Assembly: GCA_044892525.1 (NCBI GenBank)
Contig: CM097885.1
Span: 29,142,001-29,202,000, forward strand
From: Schmidtea polychroa
Taxonomy: Eukaryota
DNA: 60,000 nucleotides
Reading direction: 5' to 3'
The position numbers and the translations under genes were made by a program. Shown in pieces: positions 46,119 through 60,000 of this stretch (positions within the stretch are counted from its first letter, which is position 1; every line of letters starts with the position of its first letter). The notes beneath the pieces are model-generated. The model was not told the DNA's origin. It saw only the letters and a program-made list of their open reading frames with translations, and ran no database searches.

Positions 46119-47982
46119 ATTTTATCATCATTCGACTCCTGCAAAAAACCAAAAACAACTCATAATTCTATTCAAATCGATAACAACTCTAAAATTACAA
46201 AATCACAAAAAATCTAATCAAAAATTGTCCTACCTCTTGCTCGCGTCTGTGTGCGCACACAATTCCAACCAACAAAGCAAAAAGCGCACACAGACGCGAC
46301 ACACCAACAAGCCAACCCAAAAAATGACATTGCTCGCGTCTGTGTGCGCACACAAACCCATCACACCATACAACGCGCATTGAGCTCATAATTTACACGT
46401 CCAATGTGTTCCTTTTGCGATCGGATTCAAAATCAACCAAATATTTCAATGGGGAGGCATTATCCATTTTATATATATCCGTTTCCCCAGAATCTCCATA
46501 AGGGTAACCTTGTTATAAAAAGAATTCTTATCTGAACGCGTTAAAAACGAAGGTATGTTTCCAGTAATTAAAAAGCTTTTGAATTGGTTTTATTCTTTTA
46601 AACTTTTTATTTCGATTCGTGCAGACATGGTAAAATTGGTATCATTGATATATTATTAACTTAATGATTATTTAAATATTATTAAAATATTAAATATCTT
46701 TATTATCTGACATTTTTATTATCTACAATAGGAGACGATCTATTGATACATTTACATTAACAAAATATTACTGAAAACATGCCCGCATAGATACCGGGGA
46801 ACATTCACGCGGATTAATGATGATCAAATTCCAAAGCCTATAATGCCAATCAGCAATCTGCTTTTTGATATTAACTATTTGTATATATTTTTTTAAAAAT
46901 AAATATTGACGTTTCTACAAATTGTCTTTTCTTTATGTAATTTTAATAAGACAATAGTTTATTCATATGATTGATAATAACATTTTTCTTTTTATAAATA
47001 ATTTTAATTGGGAACAGTATATTTATTATTTCGTTCTATTAAATTGGGAATATTATTTATAATCGGAGAATAAAATTTTGACAATAAGTATTTATTTCAA
47101 TTGAATAAACCACTAGGACCTTGTATTTAATTTATAACCAAATTTTCTCAGTTTAAAGATAATTGAAAATATGGCTGGAATATAATTTTCATATTCAATA
47201 AAGGTTTTTAAAAAAACCTTTTTATTTTTTATATATATTTTTTATTTTATTTTTTATATTTTTATATATTAATCACTATACGCTGAGAATCTCACCAATC
47301 TTTGAAACCTCAGTATTATTCAACTTCAATTGTTTATGAATACAGTATACATTATAAAATTTATTTTTTAACAGTCATAAGCTAAAATTTCAAATTTCTT
47401 TTGATTTATTTTATTTTATCTGAACCACTCCGGAATCCACCTATGACACCATCAGAACTACGAAGCGTTTCGCAATTTAAACCTGTGAAAAGACTAGTTC
47501 ATTTCAAACCAAATTCCTGGCCCTGCAGGCAATTCTCGAATGGGCATGTTAAATGGTCAGCCAAAAACTCATTAGTAACTATTGAAACGAGATGGCCATT
47601 TAAAAATTTTTTTCTACTAATTCCAATGTTTGACTAGGGAAAATCTTAACCTCTTTCTGATAGCAGTGAAATTTCGTAAGCCACCAATTTAAAAATAAAT
47701 TTTTAACTTAAAATATTTGTTTTTTTATAGGATTTTGGTTAAATGTTTTAGTAAATGCTAATTACTCATTTTCATAATCAATAAATCAATTAAAGTCGCA
47801 TTATATAAAAAAATTGATAATGATGATACTATTTATATTATACACTAAAATGATAATAAAAATAAAAAAAAAACAATGATAGAAATAATTTATTTTAAAA
47901 TGACAATTTTTAAATGTATGCATTTGTTTAACTACATGAATTAAAAGCTCTACCTTAGTTACAAAATTTGAATTATCAAAAA

Positions 47983-52144
<4,162 letters not shown>

Positions 52145-54776
52145 TTTTTTTGTAATTTATGCTTTGGTAATGTCTAATAAAGATGAATTTTGTCTTTTAA
52201 TTTTCAAAACTTAATCAAATTTTGTAATTTTTTAAAAATATGTTAGAAAAAACTAATTATGTTTCTTGCAACTTTGGTTAAATGTGGGTCGTTGAGAGAT
52301 AATTAATATTTATGTGCAATTTTCGAAATACATGACAAATACGTAACACTAGCTGTAATTAATAAAAGTTAAAAAGACAATAATTTTACTAAACAAATGG
52401 ATGGGGATGTTGTTCAAAGGTTTTTAGGGTTGTTAATAGATTTGTTATCAACACTTCCATAAAAGGCTTCATGACTATTTTACTTCAATCTATCCCTTTA
52501 ATCATGGCAACATCCATGTTATATAGTTCCTTAAAGTCAATTAGAGGTGAACTCTCTTAATAGAAATACTCTTCATTGAATTTTCACTTTCAGGTTCATA
52601 GCTACCGATAGAAGGTCTTACATCGCTTTATCATTATACTTTTATTTTTGAAATTATTGCACTTTCTTGTTCAATTAGTTATGGTCCTCATTGTTTGATG
52701 CTTATTATGGTTACATTGCTACGTTCCTATGATGGTTTATATAATCCTATATGTATGTTTAAACTGTTTACTGCTGTGTTGTACGAAATTTGTAAGAACC
52801 CAGCAGAGTCTCCTTTAAAATCGTTTTGGGACTGCTGGGGTGTTTGTGTGTATAACGTGCGGAGTGAATTTAATACAATTAAGATAAATCCTAGAATAAA
52901 ACGTTAACAATAAAATTAAATTATTTTTGTAAAGTTTTATTACTTTTTATAACAACACAGACTAAAAAAAACTTCTTTATGAAACTGGTTCCTCGACTCT
53001 AGTATTTGAAATCTATAGACCATCGGAGAATAGTTGAGAATTGTCTTAGTACTCGAGAACAGTTGAGGAACAATAGATATTGTTTTCTTCTTTATTAAGC
53101 TTATTTATATAATTCAAAATTACGGATGATTGAATCGTTCTTGATATTTTCCAATTTATTAACAAATGATATTTTCTTAGTCTGTTCCTAATGATTTTCT
53201 TTTAATCTTTACTGTTTATGGATTCTTCCTTCTTTATCTTCAGTTTATATTTTCTAATTATAGTTTTCCTTTTCTATGAGTGCCATCAGATGAAAAAGTA
53301 TAAAAACTGAACACAAAAACTGAAGAAGGGAGATAAATTGAGACTAGAGAAAATTGCTATGAGAAAAGCTTGCAACGAAAAGAGAGAAAATTTGTTAGAA
53401 AGGAATTTGTGAGAAATTTGAATTTACGAAGAGGGTAAAATAAAGTGTTGAGAATCAGGAAATAGTTGGAAGAAACTTGCGTATTGAATATGTGAATAAG
53501 AGGTACTTGAGAAACTCATGTCAAGTTAAAAGCAACCAGATCAATTTTGCGAATTGTCCATTACCGGCAGTAGTCAAGCGGTCGTGTTCTTAGAGTATTG
53601 TTATTGTTGTGCTAGTCTTTCCGGAAGGTTGTAATAAGCATTTTAAATATTTGAGGTGTGTTGAAAATTGGTATAGTTGAATTCGTTGTAATCAATTGTG
53701 ATTATCACTAAAGTTTTACGTCGTTGGATTTTGTCATTGTCGTTATTAATTAACACGCTCGAAGTCAGTTAACTAATTCATAGTTAATAATCACGGACCA
53801 ACTACCATATACCCAGTAATGTTATATTTTTAAACAATTTTTTAAGGGAATTACTATTTTTTTATTGTATAGCATCTGTGTTTATCTCATTATTTTCCAT
53901 CACCACATACTTGTTACTCCCGAAACCTCATTTTTTAATATTTAATTTTCAAGACTTATTACGTAAAATGATTTTAATTATACATGCTTGATTAAACATG
54001 CATTGATGCGATTATCGTTAGTATTGAGTTAATGCATTTCTTTGATCTTGACTTATTTAACAAGCTCTCGTTTTTAAATTGCCTTGTTTCTTGGTATTTT
54101 TCTTTTAATGTAATTTAAATTTGTTTAATTATGTCCCAAATGTTTGTTTTTTAATTATTATTTACTGAATGTCGCAAGATAATTAAATTAAATTTGTGAA
54201 TATACATTTGTATATTCCTACAATTAAGCTAAACGAACTCAAATATTTTAGCTTTCGCCAAATACTTTTATGCGATAAGACATCATCTCTTAGCCATTGA
54301 TACCAAATATGATATTCGAACCCGAAGTTAATTGATAATCTCTGCATAAATTAGAGCCCTATTTTAAGAAAAAGTGTTGTTAACGTACATATTTTTAAAA
54401 TTTAATTTTAATGTCATTTACTTTTAAAATAATCTTTCATCCTATTCCTTCAAAACATCATTTAATTATGATTTTTTTTTAAATATAAAAAATTTTTAGA
54501 CCACATAAAAATTTCTTATAAAAATATATAAATGTATTTAATGATATAATGTCATTTCCTATTTAAGTTTTTGAAAAATTGATTTTTTCCATTATTATAA
54601 TACTTATAATTATCATCTTTGTAATTTTGTTTATTTATTATTTTCATTTTGTTATTTTTTTAAATTTCATATAAAATATTATTGTTCAAAAATAAGGATT
54701 GCATTCGATTAAGATTTCAAATTGTATTTAAATGTTATAATTCAATAAATATTTTATTTTTTTCTGTTTGCTTTAG

Positions 54777-56103
54777 ATGTCATATACTTGCGATACAATT
54801 TGGCCTATGCGCATCGACCTGAATTCCCTTGAATGCCGACAGATACTAAGAGAGAAAGAACTTCTATGTTATTCTGACGTTGTGTCTGTGCTAAGAGCAC
54901 AGGGTCCTTTATCTGAAGAGAAAAAAAATGTTTTGATAAATTTACAAAAAATTCTATCAATTAGTGATGAACGAAACAAAGCTGAATTACGTAGAGCTGC
55001 TAATAATGAAAAATTAGCTACAATTGCTGAAAATGTTTCTGGTTTTGATGCATATTCAGAATGGGCAGCTTTAGGAGCATTAAAATTTCCACCAACTAAG
55101 AGACCGACTCCTCGAACTATATACTGTGATCAGGCTTCACAAACGAGTATTACCTTTACTGTCAAAGAAAAAGATTTCCCCTCACCTTGTGAAACTCATG
55201 ATGCTGAATTAGCCGAAAAACATGAAGCATCTATTCTTACTAATAGAATTATAAATAAAGATAGAAGAGCTGTTAAAACTGAAGCCACGGCTAAATCCCA
55301 GTGTTCGACTTCGACAATGACTGATATAAATAAAACACCAAATCAAGAGCTTTTTAAAAATAATCTCTCAAAAGAACCAAATACATCTCACGATTATAAT
55401 CTTCATTTGCTATCGGAAATTGCAACTGGCGAGTCAAGTCAGTCAGAAGTAATTAGTGACCCGATAGTTGAAACTAATATCAAGCCTGATTCATTTTCTA
55501 TTCATAATCAAATCAACGATATTGAACAAGGAATAGCTGCTAGTGAAACGCCACCTGTATCAATTAATACCCGTCAAACTTTGGCTAGTAGTTTGTTAAT
55601 GCCTCCCAATAACCCACCAAATTTAATATTTAGTGGTCCTATTAAATCTCTTAATACAAATATTCAAGAAATTAATTTATCTGGAAGTAATAATCAAATG
55701 ATAATTTCGAATAATGCGGGCCAGCGATTTGCTTTCCCTCGAAATACAATAGCACAAAGTATCAATTTAATATCTGCCAATCCACAAAAGAATCAAATTT
55801 CATCGTTTATCTCTCAACAACAATCACAATCTGGTGGCAGTTTCATAACTTTATCCAACAATCAATTGCGCTCTCCTCCGTCTCATCATTTAGGTGGCAG
55901 TTGGACAGGTCAACAAAACCAATCTGCTCAACAGGTTTTCATCCAAAATGTGCCCACTGTTCATCACGGATCAAATCTGCAACAGCATCAAAGCGGAGAT
56001 TACGCTAACTCTCTCGGGTTGACGCTTAAACAACGAGCATTGACCGAACATAAAACCCATCAACCTCACCAAGTTAACAACAAACTAGTTGTTAGAAATC
56101 TCG
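54777..56103 (+). CDS. EMSY: EMSY-like protein, first coding exon (ENT domain plus S/T/Q-rich region)
   Basis: IWPMRIDLNSLECRQILREKELLCYSDVVSVLRAQGPLSEEKK..L..L.KILSIS.ER..AE.RRA.N.EKL.TIA.N.SG.....EW matches the EMSY ENT domain. The ATG directly follows a polypyrimidine/AG acceptor. Probable donor G|GTAATT at 56103; the ORF otherwise stops at 56132. Confidence 0.9.
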
Positions 56104-56722
56104 GTAATTTTATTTGTATTTTTAAAACATGATATAAGTTCGTAAATACACGCATATTTATATCTGTGTGCTATTTGACAATTTTAATTAAATAAAATAT
56201 TTCCTATAATTATCTACTTATTAATAATAAGTAGACACTCACAATAAATTTCTAATAATAAGACAATAATAATAATAATAATCGCTTATCCGTAGTATAT
56301 ATTATGGAATTTTTTAAGATTCAGTAGAATCCAGGTGTCATCGATTGATTTACATAATTCTATTTATGTATATAATTCTGTTGTAATATATTGTAACAAA
56401 TCAAGTATTGATTGAATTTTTTTTAGGAGGAAATTTTGGGCGGGGTTTGGATTTTTATTGTTGTTGATATTAATGGGTTCCCATTTTCAGGCACGCAAGT
56501 CTCAGCGGAATCCGATCGCAACAAAAGATTTATGGTAGTAAAAGGTAACAGATTGATTATTACGCAATATTTGTTGAGTAGATATATTTCATTCGATAAA
56601 TTGTTAGCATCAGTTCTCTCACATAGTTTCATTAAATCAGCTTTTCTTCTTATTTCTTTCACAAAATTTCTTGTTCGACTAATTAATCAATATTTTCCTC
56701 TAAGTTCCCTTTCAATCTAGAT

Positions 56723-58400
56723 CAATATGAAATGAATCAGAAAATGATATTATCCATCCTATAAAACTGTTTCAAAGCAAAAGTAATATATTTATCGCTG
56801 TGAAAGCCCATTGGTTGTAATGGGAACAAAGGGGTTAGACGAAATCGATTCATTGGATTATAATTGGAAACAGGGGATTCATATATCATTCAATGTGGTA
56901 TTTATTAATAAAATGTAAATTACGAGATTTATATAAATGAAATTCATGGTTTTGATTAACTTTTACCATCTACCCCCTTGTTACTAAATTTGACCCCATC
57001 CTCTCCTACGTTACTAAAATATAAAATATTATATGAAATGAATCAGAAAATGATTTTATCCACCATATAAAACTGTTTCAAAGCAAAAGCAATGTATTTA
57101 TCGCCGTGAAAGCCCATTGGTTGTAATCGGAACAAAGGAGTTAGACGAATTCAATTTATTGGGTTATGATGGGGAACAGGTGATTTATATATCATCCAAC
57201 GAGGTATTTATTAATAAAATGTAAATTACAATCTTTATATACATGAGATTCATGATTTTGATTAACTTTTACCATCTCCACCTTATCACTAAATTTGATG
57301 CCATCCTCTCCTACGTTACTAAAATATTATATGAAATGAATCAGAAAATAATTTTATTCACCCTATACAACTATGCCAATGCCAAAGTAATGTCCCTGTT
57401 CGTGTGATAGCCCATTGGTTGTAATCGGAACAAAGGGGTTAGTCGAATTCAATTTATTGGGTTATGATGGGGAACAGGTGATTTATATATCATCCAGCGA
57501 GGTATTTATTTATATAATATAAAATACCGATCATCCACGTGTTAAGTTCAAGATTTTTGTCTACTTTTACCGTCTCACTAAATTTCAGTTCCTTTCGTTC
57601 CACTTCACAAAAATTTATATAAAGGCCATATGGAATGATTATTTTCACTATGACAAACTGATTTAACACAAAAATATTGTATTTTTTGTAAGGAAAGTGT
57701 ATGGCTTAAATTCGAACAAAAGGGTTAGATGAAATCAATATCATTGGATTATAATGGCAAACGGGATTTATATATCATTCAATATGATTTTATTTACAAA
57801 ATATAAATTACGAGCTTCATATACATGAAATTCATGATTTAGATTAACTTTTAACATCTCCCCTCTTGTTATTTAATTTGACTCCATCCTCTCTTGCGTT
57901 ACTAAAATGTTATATGAAATTTATCAGAAAATGATTTTATTTACCTTATTAAACTCTTCCAATACACAAGTAATGTCTTTGAAAGAATCGACACAAAGGG
58001 GTTAAATTTAATTGGATTATAATGGGAAACAGGAAATTTATTATGATTCAACATGGATTTTTACAAAATATAAATTACAAATTTAATATAAATGACCCTC
58101 TTTCCTAATAAATTTAAATCCATCCTCTCCCAAACCACACAAATAGGTATTAACAAAGGTGATACATAAAAGTAATCAGAGAAGGATATTATCCATTATA
58201 GAAAACCGATTTAAGACGAAATTATTGGATTTTTCGTGTAAAACTCATGGTATATAATCGGAACAATGGAGTTGGACCAAATCAATTGACATATTATTCA
58301 ATATTGTTTTATTTTCTAAATTTAAATTACCGATTTCTCATAAGCTACGTCCAAGATTTAGGCTATATTCCGCCCTACACTCCTTGTCACTAAATTTCAG
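56723..58400. repeat. Degenerate ~300-bp tandem array (about 6 units)
   Basis: ATATGAAATGAATCAGAAAATGAT...GGAACAAAGGGGTTAG recurs at ~56726, 57031, 57329, 57628, 57911 and 58170. Confidence 0.88.
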
Positions 58401-59262
58401 TCCCTCTTTAATAATAATTAATTTTTTGTGCAACCAAAGGAGTTATTAAGTCTAACTCAATTGGGGGCGTAGTGTAATGAATTTGGATTGTTATATCAAA
58501 AGATAAAGTGCTTGAAATGAGGAAAGAAATGATTCTAACGCCATGTGGTCTTTACCTGGATTATCGACATATTTTATTATTGCGCTCTTAAACTATCGCT
58601 TTTTATCACGATCCTTTTTAGAATTAGAATAACCGGTTTCAAGTTAGAAATATTTCCCTGTGACTGTTTTACGAAAAGGAACTCTATTTTCGATTTTTTA
58701 GATCAAATTTGAGAAAAGGTTAAAAAAATTTGTTTTCTACATTTTTTTGCGAGGTACACAAATTAATTCATTTTATCAATAGTTATAACTTCAACATTAG
58801 AGATAATATAAAAAAAGATGATAATAAAATCGATAAAGAGGCGGCAATCAATAACTACACAACAATCAAAAGAAGCTAATGATCAAGCGGTAAAATAGCT
58901 TTTACCAGGGAATATTTAATAATTGTACATATACATTATAATTAATGAACTTTTAAATTGAAATAGATTATTATTTTTAAAAAATCTAAACACATTCATC
59001 CATATTTTAAAGAAAAAAATATTATACTATCTTAAAATTCTTTCCAAAGCGTGTTACTGTCCATCATTTTTGACGGGTTTTTGCTAGTAGTGATTGTAAT
59101 ATTAATATGATTAATTATTTTAAGAGTAAACCTTTTGCTGCAAAGTATATATTGAATGAAATGAAATAATTTTCGATTATTTAAATAATCTTTATCAATT
59201 ATTATATTTATAATCGAAAATTATTTCATTTTATTCAATATATACTTTAATATATATACTTC

Positions 59263-59294
<32 letters not shown>

Positions 59295-60000
59295 GATTAC
59301 GTTACTAAAAAATAAAGAGTTTTACTGACATTATTTACCTATTTTATTGCTAAAATTCTAATAACAAAAATAAAATTAGTTTGTTAATAAATTTTAATTA
59401 TTAGATGTTAAATCACGTGACGTGGTAATGCAAATGTCAAATTGTTAAGTTATGATAAAAAAAGTCTGCTTATTTATTCTAAAATAGATATTTTAATGAG
59501 TTTATTCAATAAAACATGATTATTAAAATTATCTTTCGTTTAAGACCTCACGACGCCTTATATCCATTAATAAAAGTAGTCTATTAAGAACATTGAAATA
59601 GTCAAGTTTTTCAACTACACTATTGGCACATAAAGTGCACTAAGATATCTATAATACGAATCGATAAATTCCAAGGATTATTTAGATAAGTTATTTATAA
59701 TTGTTTAAATATTGACAAATGTTTTCATGTCACAAAATCTCTTGACTCTATTAATCAAGTTATTCAAATGCTTTAATATTTAAATTTTTTTTGAAAGTGT
59801 CATTAAATATTGATTTCAGAACTTCTTGGTAAAAGAAATGTATAAACTTCTAAACTTCCTTCCTAATTAAATATTTCCGTTGGAACAAAGATTGATATCT
59901 TGTCTTTTATATGACATATGTTTTCTTCGATGAGATCTAAAATTTTTATACTGTTTGCTATCTTAACTGAATTTATTATATCCGACATTGTTGGTTCACA

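Noticed and set aside
52380..52910. Possible additional gene between IFT22 and EMSY
   Set aside because: All frames I tried hit stops and no recognisable protein motif was found.

Overview
Very AT-rich eukaryotic genomic DNA from a ciliated animal with short GT-AG introns. An invertebrate such as a flatworm is plausible but unproven. Host genes are the 5' part of WDR19/IFT144 (minus strand, 10 coding exons, 255-21291, running off the left edge), a complete IFT22/RABL5 (plus, 6 exons, 47983-52144) and the first coding exon of an EMSY ENT-domain gene (54777-56103). The WDR19 introns hold several DNA-transposon relics (Buster hAT MITEs, mariner, piggyBac-like MITE, hATm, Helitron). The two IFT genes are head-to-head but ~26.7 kb apart, and the gap is a stack of nested insertions. 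The main one is a 15.3-kb, apparently non-coding fold-back element (29389-44665). It has ~7-kb inverted arms built of satellite modules, a 0.9-kb loop, AGTAG...CTACT termini and a perfect 6-bp target-site duplication (GTTATG), which is the Polinton/Maverick integration signature. It sits inside a member of a second, unrecognised repeat family that carries an orphan 'PCFSCADKN' CxxC/coiled-coil/basic-motif ORF, present in three diverged copies in this window. A chimeric ORF with an intronless proteasome alpha-6 fragment lies next to it.
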